DNA of 64,000 bases from an uncultured bacterium (GCA_949297775.1 CASFTM010000005.1:26605-90604); one strand, 5' to 3'; positions 16,100 to 25,976 are shown, counted from the first letter of the stretch. Numbers and translations: made by a program. Notes: generated by a model from the letters alone, not told the origin.

Positions 16100-18655
16100 A
16101 TGAAAATCCATTCCTTTAACGTTCAGCCCAACCTGCCCGAAAACATCAAATTTTTGGAAGAGTTGGCCAATGATATGTGGTTCACGTGGAACTGGCAGGC
16201 CATTTTGCTTTTCGTGCAGGTGGACGCCAAACTGTGGACAGCCGCCAAACGCAACCCGAAATGGTTCCTGGGCTGCGTGCCGCAAAAACGGCTGGAAGAA
16301 CTGAGCAAAGACGAAACCTTCGTCAACAATTTAAATAAAGTCAAAGAAGCCTATTATAACTACAAAAACAACCAGCACACCTGGTATCATGAAAACCGCC
16401 GCGAAAACGGCAACCTGCTGACGGCGTATTTCTCCATGGAATACGGCATCGGCGAAGGGCTGCCCATCTATTCGGGCGGCTTGGGAATGCTGGCGGGCGA
16501 CCATATGAAATCCGCCAGCGACTTGGGAATGCCGATTATCGGTGTAGGGCTGTTCTATAAGCAAGGCTACGTCCAACAGGTGCTCAACCGCGAAGGTTGG
16601 CAAAATGAAGAATACCCCGATAACGACTGGGCCCATATGCCGGTGGAACGCGTGATGAAAGACGGCAAAGAAATTACCGTGGATATTCCGCTGGGTACGG
16701 AAACCGTCAAAGCCTGCATTTGGCGCGTACCCGTAGGGCGCACTTCACTCTATTTGCTGGACACCAACCTGCAGGAAAACACCCCCGCACAGCGCGCCAT
16801 TACCGAAAAACTCTACGGCGGCGACCGCGAAAACCGCATCCGCCAGGAAGTAGTACTGGGCATCGGCGGCGTAAAAGCGTTAACCGCTATGGGCATTCAC
16901 CCGACGGTATATCATATCAACGAAGGGCACAGCGCCTTCCTGCTATTCCAACGCATTATTGATATTATGAAGGAGAAAAATCTTTCCTTCGCCCAAGCGC
17001 GCGAAATTGTGTGGGCGTCCTCGGTATTTACCACGCATACGCCCGTCATCGCCGGCAACGAACACTTTGACCCGGCCCTCGTACGCAAATATATGGATTT
17101 TTATGCGCGGGAAATGGGTATTTCCTGGGATGAATTTTTGGCCCTCGGCAAAGAAACGCCCGAATCCGCCACCTATTGTATGACGGTTGTCGCGCTGCGG
17201 CTGTCGGCATTCTGCAACGGGGTTGCCAAACTGCACGGGCAGGTCAGCCGCGAAATGTGGCACAACCTGTGGCCCGGCCTTCCCATCAGCGAAGTACCGA
17301 TAACCAGCATTACCAACGGTATCCACAGCGCATCGTGGATTTCGCACGAACTCAACGAACTGTACCGCAAATACTTGGTTAACAACGACCAAAGCGGCGA
17401 AGTGGATCCGTCGGACCCCAAAATTTGGGAAAAAGTCCCCTCTATCCCGGATAACGAACTGTGGAATGTGCACACCATCCGCAAAAACAAGCTGATTGAT
17501 ATGGTGCGCGGGCGCGTTAAACGCCAGCTCACCCGCCAAGGCTTTGACGTAATGAGCGTAAAAAAAGCCAGCAAAGTACTGCGCCCCGATTTGTTAACCA
17601 TCGGTTTTGCGCGCCGCTTTGCCACGTACAAACGCGCCACCTTGTTGTTTAAAGATTTGAACCGCTTGGACAAAATCGTCAACAACCCGCAGCGCCCGGT
17701 ACAGTTTGTATTTGCCGGGAAAGCGCACCCCGCCGATACGGCCGGAAAAGAATTTATCAAAATGATTGTCAGCCTGACGCAAAATGACCCGCGCTTTAAA
17801 GGCAAAATCGTATTTGTGGAAGACTACAATATGAACACCGCCCGCTATATGGTGCAGGGGGTGGACGTATGGCTTAACAACCCCATCCGCCCAATGGAAG
17901 CCAGCGGCACCAGCGGGATGAAAGCGGCTTTAAACGGCGCGCTGGCGCTGTCTATTTTGGACGGCTGGTGGGACGAAGTCGGCCCGTGCGATTACGGATG
18001 GTCCATCGGCGGCGCGGAAAACTATAAAACCGAAGCCGAACGCGATGCCGTAGAATCCGAGGCCCTGTACAACTTAATTGAACAGGATATCGCCCCGGCC
18101 TATTACGCCAAAGAAGCCGGCGCGGAATATTCCCAGCCGTGGGTTTCGCTGATGAAAGAATCCATCCGCCATATTGCGCCTGTCTTTAACACGAACCGTA
18201 TGGTCAAGGAATATTACGAAAAATTCTATATTCCGGCCAACAACTTCGGCCTTATTTTAAACGAACCCGGCAAAGCCGAAGCCGTAGCCGCGTGGCGGCG
18301 CAAAATTGCCGAAAACTGGTACCGCGTGAACGTGACGGACATCACCCCGCAGCCTGAAACCGCCATTCTGATGGGCGATAAAGTAAACTTTAAAGCCCGC
18401 GTCGTTTTGGGCAGCCTGGCGCCGGAAGATATCCAGGTGGAACTGTACCTGGGCCAGCGCGGCAGTTTGGGCGACATCGTAAAAGAAGACGCCATTGATA
18501 TGACCTGCACCGGTAAAGACGGGGATGCGTATTTGTACGAAGTGTCTATGTCGCCGCTTAACAGCGGCCGCCAGGACTACGCCCTGCGCATTCTGCCGTT
18601 TAATAACGATATTCCGCACGTGCTTACGCCGTTGTTTATCCGCTGGGAAGAATAG
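16100..18655 (+). CDS. glgP: Alpha-glucan (glycogen) phosphorylase
   Basis: AYFSMEYG, YSGGLGMLAGD, HINEGH, GFARRFATYKR, EASGTSGMKA motifs. Confidence 0.96.
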   Translation: MKIHSFNVQPNLPENIKFLEELANDMWFTWNWQAILLFVQVDAKLWTAAKRNPKWFLGCVPQKRLEELSKDETFVNNLNKVKEAYYNYKNNQHTWYHENRRENGNLLTAYFSMEYGIGEGLPIYSGGLGMLAGDHMKSASDLGMPIIGVGLFYKQGYVQQVLNREGWQNEEYPDNDWAHMPVERVMKDGKEITVDIPLGTETVKACIWRVPVGRTSLYLLDTNLQENTPAQRAITEKLYGGDRENRIRQEVVLGIGGVKALTAMGIHPTVYHINEGHSAFLLFQRIIDIMKEKNLSFAQAREIVWASSVFTTHTPVIAGNEHFDPALVRKYMDFYAREMGISWDEFLALGKETPESATYCMTVVALRLSAFCNGVAKLHGQVSREMWHNLWPGLPISEVPITSITNGIHSASWISHELNELYRKYLVNNDQSGEVDPSDPKIWEKVPSIPDNELWNVHTIRKNKLIDMVRGRVKRQLTRQGFDVMSVKKASKVLRPDLLTIGFARRFATYKRATLLFKDLNRLDKIVNNPQRPVQFVFAGKAHPADTAGKEFIKMIVSLTQNDPRFKGKIVFVEDYNMNTARYMVQGVDVWLNNPIRPMEASGTSGMKAALNGALALSILDGWWDEVGPCDYGWSIGGAENYKTEAERDAVESEALYNLIEQDIAPAYYAKEAGAEYSQPWVSLMKESIRHIAPVFNTNRMVKEYYEKFYIPANNFGLILNEPGKAEAVAAWRRKIAENWYRVNVTDITPQPETAILMGDKVNFKARVVLGSLAPEDIQVELYLGQRGSLGDIVKEDAIDMTCTGKDGDAYLYEVSMSPLNSGRQDYALRILPFNNDIPHVLTPLFIRWEE

Positions 18656-18761
18656 CGGCACGCGTTTATAAAACGCTTGCTTTTAAAATAACCGGCCGGA
18701 AAGGACGCTTGCCCGCCAAGCCGATTTTCCGGCCGGTTTAATTTATCCGGAAACACTATTT

Positions 18762-19217
18762 ATGTTAAATATTGTACTTGTAAATCCTGAAATCCCGTTT
18801 AACACGGGCAATATCGGACGCTCCTGCGTGGCTACCGGTACGCGGCTGCATTTGGTGGGGAAATTAGGCTTTAAAATTGCTTCCAAAGAAATCCGCCGCT
18901 CCGGGCTGGACTATTGGCCTAACCTGGATTACCGCCGCCACGAAAACTGGGAAGCCTTCCTGGAAGCGGAACACCCGGCAGAGGACCAGATGTTCTTCCT
19001 GTCCACCAAGGGGAAAACCGCTTATTGGGACGCAGCCTTCCCGCCGGACGCTTACCTGGTATTCGGCGCCGAATCGTGCGGCCTTCCCAAAGAGTTTTAT
19101 GAACGCTACAAACACCGCCTGTTTACCATCCCCATGCCCGGACCGGTTCGTTCGCTGAATTTATCTTCCTCTGCGGCGATTGTGTTGTTTGAAGCCATCC
19201 GCCAAAACCGCCCGTAA
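18762..19217 (+). CDS. trmL: tRNA (cytidine/uridine-34-2'-O)-methyltransferase
   Basis: SPOUT motifs PEIPFNTGNIGR, FGAES, RSLNLS. Confidence 0.92.
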   Translation: MLNIVLVNPEIPFNTGNIGRSCVATGTRLHLVGKLGFKIASKEIRRSGLDYWPNLDYRRHENWEAFLEAEHPAEDQMFFLSTKGKTAYWDAAFPPDAYLVFGAESCGLPKEFYERYKHRLFTIPMPGPVRSLNLSSSAAIVLFEAIRQNRP

Positions 19218-19305
19218 AATAGGCAAGGGGTGGAGCCAAAAGCCCCGAAAAATACCCATAAAAAAGCCCGCTAAAAGCGGGCTTTCACACACACTTTTAT
19301 AAAAA

Positions 19306-19749
19306 TCAATTGGAAAAATCCATCCTATATCTGCCGCCCGATAAATCCATCCCGATATTTAAGCAGGTTTGGCCGTCACCTGTACACTCAATATAATTCA
19401 GATCTCCATTGGAATTATAAGCCTTTAGGGTATAGCTGCCATCCGCGCGGGACGTGGAAACCGTTACCGTATTCCCGGAAAAAGAAACAGTCGGCGTAGT
19501 AAAATAAGCGCTTTTGGTCACATCCCCCACCTGCAACGCGGAAGACCCCGTAATAGAGGACGGGTAGGAATTCCCATTAACCACGTATTGCGCATTGATT
19601 GCGTCGCTGGCGGCGCGCAGATTGGAAATGCCTTCCACGGAGCGGCCGCGCTCCAACGAGGCGTAATACTTCGGGAGAGCCACCGTTACCAATACGCCCA
19701 CTACCACCATGACAATTAACAATTCAATTAATGTAAAACCCTTGTTCAT
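19306..19749 (-). CDS. Type IV pilin-like protein, short-leader class
   Basis: MNKG|FTLIELLIVMVVVGVLVTVALPKY; AGGAGG RBS; no palindrome element. Confidence 0.88.
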   Translation of the reverse strand: MNKGFTLIELLIVMVVVGVLVTVALPKYYASLERGRSVEGISNLRAASDAINAQYVVNGNSYPSSITGSSALQVGDVTKSAYFTTPTVSFSGNTVTVSTSRADGSYTLKAYNSNGDLNYIECTGDGQTCLNIGMDLSGGRYRMDFSN

Positions 19750-19860
19750 AAATCCTCCTGGAATTTAATTATATAAATTTGCCCCTTTGATTAACAGTAT
19801 AATTCTTTTTTCGCCCTTTGCCAGTTTTTTTATAAAATGAAAAAAACGCCCGGGGGTAAG

Positions 19861-21069
19861 ATGAACATTAAAAAACTCTTTTGGATTTTATTTTTGCTTA
19901 ACCTGTTTAACTACATAGACCGGCAGGTGCTATATTCCGTATTCCCGCTGCTGCAGGCCGATTTAAACATTACCGATTTGCAGCTTGGTGCGTTGGCCTC
20001 GGTATTTATGTTGGTCTATATGTGTTATGCCCCATTGGTCGGCTATTTTGCCGACCGAACCCCCCGCCACAAATGGATTGGCTTCAGCGCACTGATTTGG
20101 AGCATTGCCACACTGGCCTGTGCCGGAGCCAAAAACTATGCGTCCCTTTTGGGTGCGCGGGGGCTCATCGGCGTAGGGGAAGCCGGGTTTACCACTATCG
20201 CCCAACCGTTTTTAGCTGAAAACTACCCCCCACAAAAACGCGCCTCCATATTGGCCATTTTTGGGTTGGCGCTCCCTCTAGGCAGTGCGCTTGGATATTT
20301 ATGGGGCGGCGTAATAGGCCTGCACTGGGGCTGGCGGGCGGCTTTTTTGCTGGCGGGCGTGCCGGGGTTAATCCTGGGTTTTTTGGCGTGGACGCAACTC
20401 CAGGATGTCCGCCGCGCCCAACAGCGCCCTTCCGAAAAACCCGGCTGGAACGATTATTGGGCATTGCTTTGCAACAAACCATTTTTATTTATCTGCCTGG
20501 CGCACGCAATGCTGACGTTTATTACCGGCGGGCTGTCCGCTTGGATGCCCACCTATCTGCACCGTTATTTAGGGATGGATGTAGCGCAGGCAGGCACGGT
20601 ATTTGGCGCGTTAGTAATCCTTTGCGGCGCGGCAGGCACCTACCTGGGAGGGAAAGGAGCCGATAAGCTGCTATCCTACACCCCAAAAGCCTATTTTTGG
20701 GTAATGCTCGTAGCTTTCGTCGGGATTTTGCTGCCCGCCTGGGTTGGGGTACAGGCTACGCACGCCCCGGCAGTTTTGGCGTGTTTTGGCGTGGCGATTG
20801 TATGCCTATTTTTGCCCACCGGCCCCATTGCTGCGGCGTTAGTAGCCACCACCCGGCAAAAAGTACAGGCGATGGCGTTTGCCGTAAATATCTTTCTGAT
20901 ACACGCACTGGGGGACGCCATTTCGCCGGTGCTGGTGGGGCACGCGTCGGACTTGTGGGGGCTCAAAACCGCCGTACTGCTGTGCACTGCCATTTCCTTG
21001 CCCGGCATACTGTTTGCCTGGCTGGCCTTCCGCCCAAACGGAACAAAGCATCAAGCGGACATTAATTAA
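19861..21069 (+). CDS. MFS transporter (spinster-like)
   Basis: LNLFNYIDR, GYFADR, RGLIGVGEA motifs, about 12 TM. Confidence 0.88.
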   Translation: MNIKKLFWILFLLNLFNYIDRQVLYSVFPLLQADLNITDLQLGALASVFMLVYMCYAPLVGYFADRTPRHKWIGFSALIWSIATLACAGAKNYASLLGARGLIGVGEAGFTTIAQPFLAENYPPQKRASILAIFGLALPLGSALGYLWGGVIGLHWGWRAAFLLAGVPGLILGFLAWTQLQDVRRAQQRPSEKPGWNDYWALLCNKPFLFICLAHAMLTFITGGLSAWMPTYLHRYLGMDVAQAGTVFGALVILCGAAGTYLGGKGADKLLSYTPKAYFWVMLVAFVGILLPAWVGVQATHAPAVLACFGVAIVCLFLPTGPIAAALVATTRQKVQAMAFAVNIFLIHALGDAISPVLVGHASDLWGLKTAVLLCTAISLPGILFAWLAFRPNGTKHQADIN

Positions 21070-21189
21070 TGTGGTAACGCTTGTAAACGGTATCTTCCCA
21101 AAACATCGGCCCATAGCCGGCGCATAAACGATTTGAAACGGCAGAAGAAGATTTACCCTCCTATATACCTACCATTGAACCCCGCTATT

Positions 21190-21269
21190 AGATATCCGGC
21201 GTTTTTCCCCCAGGGAGAAGGTTTTGATACATTTTGTGTATGAGCAAAATCTATCAAAAAACAAATCAA
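21190..21269 (-). pseudogene. Decayed pilin 5' end with degenerate start-site element (spacer inverted, tract of 6)
   Basis: GGAAAAACGCCGGA...CTAATAG remnant of KNAGFTLIE coding DNA; arms 21222-21236 and 21245-21259; rest of gene absent. Confidence 0.75.
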
Positions 21270-21476
21270 GGGGCGGGCCGGCGCTCTTTTTCGCCCTTTT
21301 TCTGGCGGCAGGAAAAGGGCTGTATAATTAGTGATTTTTGTTGCTCCCTGGGGCACCGGGCCGCTGTTCCCCTGCCTTTACCCGTTACCGCGATTCGTGG
21401 AGCCACCTTGCTTCCGCGTTGCCGCACGCTTGTCAGGTTCCCCCTTCTTGGATACTTTTTCCGCCGGAAAAAGTAT
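21270..21476. repeat. Pilin-upstream mosaic repeat, rearranged module order
   Basis: Modules shared with 37771-37819, 37747-37770, 2057-2100 and 14616-14641. Confidence 0.75.
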
Positions 21477-21497
21477 TGTTAAAAGGCATACGCATAA

Positions 21498-21529
21498 AAA
21501 AGGAACGGAATAAAAATTCCGTTCCTTTT
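21498..21529. terminator. Bidirectional intrinsic terminator
   Basis: AAAAGGAACGGAAT...ATTCCGTTCCTTTT. Confidence 0.8.
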
Positions 21530-21551
21530 AAATTTTTACCTTGCGGAAAAT

Positions 21552-21699
21552 TTACTTCACCGCGTTGTAACCAGCTTCCAACGCTTTTTTATTTTTATGG
21601 CATTAAAATCCCCTGGGCTTTCGCTCCAGGGGATAAATCTTCGCCTTCTAACGCACTTACTTCACCGCGTTGTAACCAGCTTCCAACGCTTTTTTATTT
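21552..21699. repeat. 43-bp perfect direct repeat duplicating the 3' end of the oxidoreductase gamma gene
   Basis: 21552-21594 is identical to 21657-21699. Confidence 0.92.
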
Positions 21700-22193
21700 A
21701 GTTCCAGCATTTCCGGTTTGGCACGCTTGTACACTTTCTTCATCGCGTGTTCCACGCTTTGCAGCGTTACCGCGCCGGTTTGCTTAATAAACGCACCCAG
21801 CGCCACTAAGTTGGCGATGCGGTCCATCCCCAATTCTTCCGCAATTTTGTTGCACGGCACGCATACAACAGTAATGTCGGTACGGGCCGGGCGGGAGTTA
21901 ATCAACGAGCTGTTGATAATCATCAGCCCGCCTTTTTTGAGCAGCGGTTCAAACTTAGGCAAGGACGGCTCGTTCATAACAATTACCGTATCGGGCACGG
22001 AAACAATAGGCGTATAGACTTCTCCGTCCGTTACCACCACCGAGCAGTTGGCGGTGCCGCCGCGCATTTCAGGCCCATACGAAGGCAGCCAGCTGGCGTT
22101 TTTCTTATCTTCCACACCGGCCTGCGCCAAGAGAATCCCCGCGGAAATAACACCCTGTCCGCCGAAACCGGCTATTCGGATACCTTGATACAT
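21657..22193 (-). CDS. 2-oxoacid:ferredoxin oxidoreductase gamma subunit
   Basis: IRIAGFGGQGV, PSYGPEMRGG. Confidence 0.93.
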   Translation of the reverse strand: MYQGIRIAGFGGQGVISAGILLAQAGVEDKKNASWLPSYGPEMRGGTANCSVVVTDGEVYTPIVSVPDTVIVMNEPSLPKFEPLLKKGGLMIINSSLINSRPARTDITVVCVPCNKIAEELGMDRIANLVALGAFIKQTGAVTLQSVEHAMKKVYKRAKPEMLELNKKALEAGYNAVK

Positions 22194-22936
22194 TATTTGC
22201 CTCCCTCGTCTTTGAATACGCCCAACGGATACTGCGGCATCATTTTAGTCCGTACAAATTCCAACGCCTGCGGCACGCTGGCATACCAGTTGGTGGGGCA
22301 CTGCGAAAGCACTTCCACCATAGAAAAGCCCACCCCTTTTACTTGGTTTTCAAACGCTTTTTTAATAGCTTTTTTGGCTTTCATCACGTTTTGGGGCGAA
22401 TCTACCGCTACGCGTTCCAAGTATTTGGCACCGGTAATTTGCGCAAGCATTTCGCACATATTAATCGGCCAGCCCTGCAGTTTGGGGTCCCGTCCTTTGG
22501 GGGCGGTGGTAGCCACTTGACCAACCAAGGTGGTTGGGGCCATTTGTCCGCCGGTCATACCGTAAATGGCGTTATTGATAAAAATGACGGTGATGTTTTC
22601 GCTGCGTACGGCGGCGTGTACAATTTCCGCCATACCAATAGAAGCCAAATCGCCGTCCCCTTGGTAGGAGAATACGATCGCTTCCGGTTTGGAGCGTTTA
22701 ATGCCCGTAGCGATAGCCGGGCCGCGCCCGTGCGCGCCCTGCACCATATCGCACGCGAAGTACGAATCCGCAAATACGGCACAGCCCACCGGGGCCACGC
22801 CGATTACGCGGTCTGCAATGTTCAGTTCGTCAATGGCTTCGCCCATCAAGCGGTGCACAATGCCGTGCCCGCAGCCGGGGCAATAATGCATCGGCAAATC
22901 GGTTAAACTGGCGGGTTTTTTGGCGATGATTGTCAT
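22193..22936 (-). CDS. 2-oxoacid:ferredoxin oxidoreductase beta subunit (TPP-binding)
   Basis: YCPGCGHG, YQGDGD, NNAIYGMTGGQ; start moved to the ATG after GGAGG. Confidence 0.93.
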   Translation of the reverse strand: MTIIAKKPASLTDLPMHYCPGCGHGIVHRLMGEAIDELNIADRVIGVAPVGCAVFADSYFACDMVQGAHGRGPAIATGIKRSKPEAIVFSYQGDGDLASIGMAEIVHAAVRSENITVIFINNAIYGMTGGQMAPTTLVGQVATTAPKGRDPKLQGWPINMCEMLAQITGAKYLERVAVDSPQNVMKAKKAIKKAFENQVKGVGFSMVEVLSQCPTNWYASVPQALEFVRTKMMPQYPLGVFKDEGGK

Positions 22937-22938
22937 AC

Positions 22939-24102
22939 TTATTTGCCTCCCTTTAAATCGCCCTGCATACCGAGCGATGTATCGCGCTTGCATTCATAGG
23001 TAAATCCCGCAGCGTGTTCCTGCAAATCAAATAACCCTTCTTTGCCGCCGTTTAAAATAGAGTGCACCGCGGTAAGAATGGTGTGTCCGTCCGGCTGACC
23101 GCCGGAAGGGTAAGCATTCAAATAAACAGGCGTTTTGCCGTTAATCGCCAGTTTTACATCTTGTACCAACTGGCCTAAACTCTGTTCCACCGTCAGTACG
23201 GCCTTGGCTTTAGACGCCAATTCCGCCAAGCGTTTGGACGGGAACGGCCACAGCGTGATCGGGCGGAAAAGGCCTACTTTCAGGCCTTCCTCTTTGGCGT
23301 GGTTGACGGCTTCCAGGCACGCACGGGAAGACAATCCGTACGCCACCAGCAGGACATCGCAGTCCTCGGCGTTGCGTTCTTCCCAGCGGGCTTCGGTTTT
23401 TTCAATCAGCCCGTAGCGTTTGGCACGTTCCACTACGTCCGCAATTAGGTTATCGCCTTTGTAGGAAAACACATTGTTTTTCTTGTGTCCGTTTTTGTGG
23501 ATGTCCACCGCCCAGTCAAATTTACCCAGTGCATTGGGATCAACCGGGTCAAAATTAAAAGACATACTTTCCATCATCTGTCCCAAAATACCGTCGGCCA
23601 AAATCATACAGGGCATCCGGTATTTTTCGGCCAGTTCAAAGCCCAGTTTCGGGAAGTTTCCCAACTCTTCCACCGAATTCGGAGCCAACACAATAACGTG
23701 ATAGTCCCCGTTACCGCCGCCGCGGGTGGCCTGGAAATAATCCCCCTGCGCGCCCGCAATGCTGCCCAACCCCGGGCCGCCGCGCATCACGTTAACGATT
23801 AAGCACGGCAAATCGGCGCTTGCCAAATAGGTAATGCCTTCCTGTTTTAAGCTGATACCCGGCGAAGAAGAAGACGTCATGCTGCGCGTACCGGTAGACG
23901 CAGCCCCATACACCATATTAATAGCCGCCAACTCGCTTTCCGCCTGCACAAACGCGCCGCCGGCCTCGGCCATATGGGCCGACATATATTCCGGCACTTC
24001 GTTTTGCGGGGTAATCGGATACCCGGCAAAAAAGCGCGCTCCGGCGCGGATGGCGCCTTCAGCCAAGGCTTCGTTGCCTTTTCGTAATGTTTTTTCTGTC
24101 AT
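22939..24102 (-). CDS. 2-oxoacid:ferredoxin oxidoreductase alpha subunit (VorB-like)
   Basis: KGNEALAEGA, GYPITPQ, QAESE, TSSSSPG. Confidence 0.93.
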   Translation of the reverse strand: MTEKTLRKGNEALAEGAIRAGARFFAGYPITPQNEVPEYMSAHMAEAGGAFVQAESELAAINMVYGAASTGTRSMTSSSSPGISLKQEGITYLASADLPCLIVNVMRGGPGLGSIAGAQGDYFQATRGGGNGDYHVIVLAPNSVEELGNFPKLGFELAEKYRMPCMILADGILGQMMESMSFNFDPVDPNALGKFDWAVDIHKNGHKKNNVFSYKGDNLIADVVERAKRYGLIEKTEARWEERNAEDCDVLLVAYGLSSRACLEAVNHAKEEGLKVGLFRPITLWPFPSKRLAELASKAKAVLTVEQSLGQLVQDVKLAINGKTPVYLNAYPSGGQPDGHTILTAVHSILNGGKEGLFDLQEHAAGFTYECKRDTSLGMQGDLKGGK

Positions 24103-24121
24103 GGTAAAATCCTCAAAATGA

Positions 24122-24328
24122 TTAATCTTTAATTACCGTGATGGCGATATCGGGGCACATCATATAGCACATCGCGCATCCGATACAATTTTCCGGGTGT
24201 TCCATTGTTGCTGGGAAATACCCTTTTTTACTGATGGTAGTGGATTTGCCCAAACATTTTTTCGGGCAGGCGTTGACGCACAGGTAGCAGGCTTTGCACT
24301 TGTTGGCGTCTACTTCTATTCTTGGCAT
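24122..24328 (-). CDS. 2x[4Fe-4S] ferredoxin / oxidoreductase delta subunit
   Basis: CKACYLCVNACP and CIGCAMCYMMCP; AGGAG RBS. Confidence 0.93.
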   Translation of the reverse strand: MPRIEVDANKCKACYLCVNACPKKCLGKSTTISKKGYFPATMEHPENCIGCAMCYMMCPDIAITVIKD

Positions 24329-24433
24329 AATTCTCCTGTGGGTCCGGGGGTTTTGCCGGAAAAACCCATATATAAAGTATATGTCTTTTGAAAGCCCAAA
24401 CGCAATAATTCTAATCTTTTTATACAATAAAGT

Positions 24434-24904
24434 ATGACTGATATACCTCAAACACCGTTTAATGAAATTTTATTGCCTCAGCTGCGCTCCCTGCTGGAGG
24501 CCGAACGCGACCCAGTGGCCAATATGGCCAATATGGCCGCGCTATTGTACCATTCCTTGCCGGAAATCAATTGGGCCGGATTTTATATTTTAAAAAACAA
24601 TCACTTGGTACTAGGGCCCTTTCAAGGCAAACCCGCCTGCGTGCGCATTCCGCTGGGCAAAGGCGTCTGCGGGACGGCCGCCGCACGCCAGGAAACGCTG
24701 CTGGTGCCCAATGTACACGAATTTACCGGGCATATTGCCTGCGACGGGGCTTCCAACAGCGAAATTGTGGTGCCCATTTTGCATAACGGGCAAACCTGGG
24801 GCGTGTTGGATATAGATTCCCCGGTGTTAAACCGCTTTGCCGAAGAGGACCGCCGCGGATTGGAACAAGCGGTGCATCTCTTTATAAAAGCCAGTGATTT
24901 ATAA
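24434..24904 (+). CDS. GAF-domain protein (free Met-R-sulfoxide reductase MsrC-like)
   Basis: NWAGFY, LGPFQGKPAC, GVCG, HIACD...SEIVVP, LDIDS. Confidence 0.88.
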   Translation: MTDIPQTPFNEILLPQLRSLLEAERDPVANMANMAALLYHSLPEINWAGFYILKNNHLVLGPFQGKPACVRIPLGKGVCGTAAARQETLLVPNVHEFTGHIACDGASNSEIVVPILHNGQTWGVLDIDSPVLNRFAEEDRRGLEQAVHLFIKASDL

Positions 24905-24991
24905 AAACAACCGTCCGGGGTGTAATTTCTCCGTCGGAAAATGAATTTTAATTGCCGAAGGTTTAGAAATTTGGTATTATATGTAGGTAAT

Positions 24992-25063
24992 GCCGAGGTA
25001 GCTCAGTGGTAGAGCACCGGTCTGAAAAACCGGGTGTCGACAGTTCGATCCTGTCCCTCGGCA
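24992..25063 (+). tRNA. tRNA-Phe(GAA), CCA not encoded
   Basis: GCCGAGG/CCTCGGC acceptor, CCGGT-CTGAAAA-ACCGG anticodon arm, TTCGATC T-loop. Confidence 0.95.
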
Positions 25064-25095
25064 TTTCTTTATGGATTTTCCGTTCATCTAAGTTC

Positions 25096-25118
25096 CCTGG
25101 GGTTCCCCAGGTTTTTTT
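25096..25118 (+). terminator. Terminator after tRNA-Phe
   Basis: CCTGGG-gttc-CCCAGG followed by T7. Confidence 0.75.
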
Positions 25119-25283
25119 ATTTCCCTTCCTCCGGGGAAGTTCCATGCCAAATCCCGCTGGAGGAAGAGCCTTTCCTTTTTGCCCCCTGGGCCACACCTAG
25201 ACTTATCCCCCAGGCTGGCTGAGTTTCACAACATACAAAAAACCCCGCGCAAAGCGGGGTTTCAGAAAAAACAAAGTAAAAAA

Positions 25284-25976
25284 TTAAAATTTTAAGGCAC
25301 TTGCCAGAAAATTATGTATAGACGTTTTCGCTAAAGCTTTTCTTCTTTCATCCAATCGCAAAGAAGTAAAAACTAACAGCTTTTCATAAAATTGGGAAAA
25401 ATTGCCGGATTGATACGAAATATTTAATTGGGTTTTTTCTGAGTCGGACAAATTCGCGCAGGCAGGGTCCATATTATAATTTTTTAAATACAGCAAATAG
25501 GATACTAATAAGGTTTCCAAGGATTCATCTTCTTTAAATAATTTTGTCAGGAAAGAATCAGCCAACAGGACGGCGTTATCGGGGTACAGTTTTAATAAAT
25601 CAATTAAGAAAGGCTTGTTGCGGGTGATTTTTTTCATGTTTTCTACAGGAAGCTGATTAAAAGTAAGAAACGGAACATTCTTCCCTTCCTTTACTTTTTT
25701 TAATTCTTCCCGTAATTCTTTTTTAAAAGCGCTTACGTCTTGCTGTCTTAAATTAAAATAATTTTCGTATAACTGTGTGCGGATTTTGCGGGCTTCTTTT
25801 TCTTTCATTAAGGCTATAACTCTGGGGGCCATTGGATTTTCGTTTTGCCAATTTAGGAGGGACCGTCTTTGTTTTAAGAGTTCATTATATTTAGCTTGCT
25901 GGGTAGTAGTATTTTGGGCAAACCCAACCCCTCCAACTAGGACTAGGCTGACTAGGGTAATCAAAACTTTGCGCAT
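25284..25976 (-). CDS. Secreted hypothetical protein, AT-rich gene
   Basis: Signal peptide MRKVLITLVSLVLVGGVGFA; AGGAGG RBS; no recognised domain. Confidence 0.7.
   Translation of the reverse strand: MRKVLITLVSLVLVGGVGFAQNTTTQQAKYNELLKQRRSLLNWQNENPMAPRVIALMKEKEARKIRTQLYENYFNLRQQDVSAFKKELREELKKVKEGKNVPFLTFNQLPVENMKKITRNKPFLIDLLKLYPDNAVLLADSFLTKLFKEDESLETLLVSYLLYLKNYNMDPACANLSDSEKTQLNISYQSGNFSQFYEKLLVFTSLRLDERRKALAKTSIHNFLASALKF

Noticed and set aside
21234-21482. ORF MCMSKIYQK... on the + strand as a real gene
   Set aside because: Its pilin-like start is a by-product of the flipped spacer; the rest is repeat DNA with no protein features.
21607-21634. CCCCTGG hairpin as an IS200/IS605 end
   Set aside because: Superficial resemblance only; no tnpA/tnpB or second end is seen.
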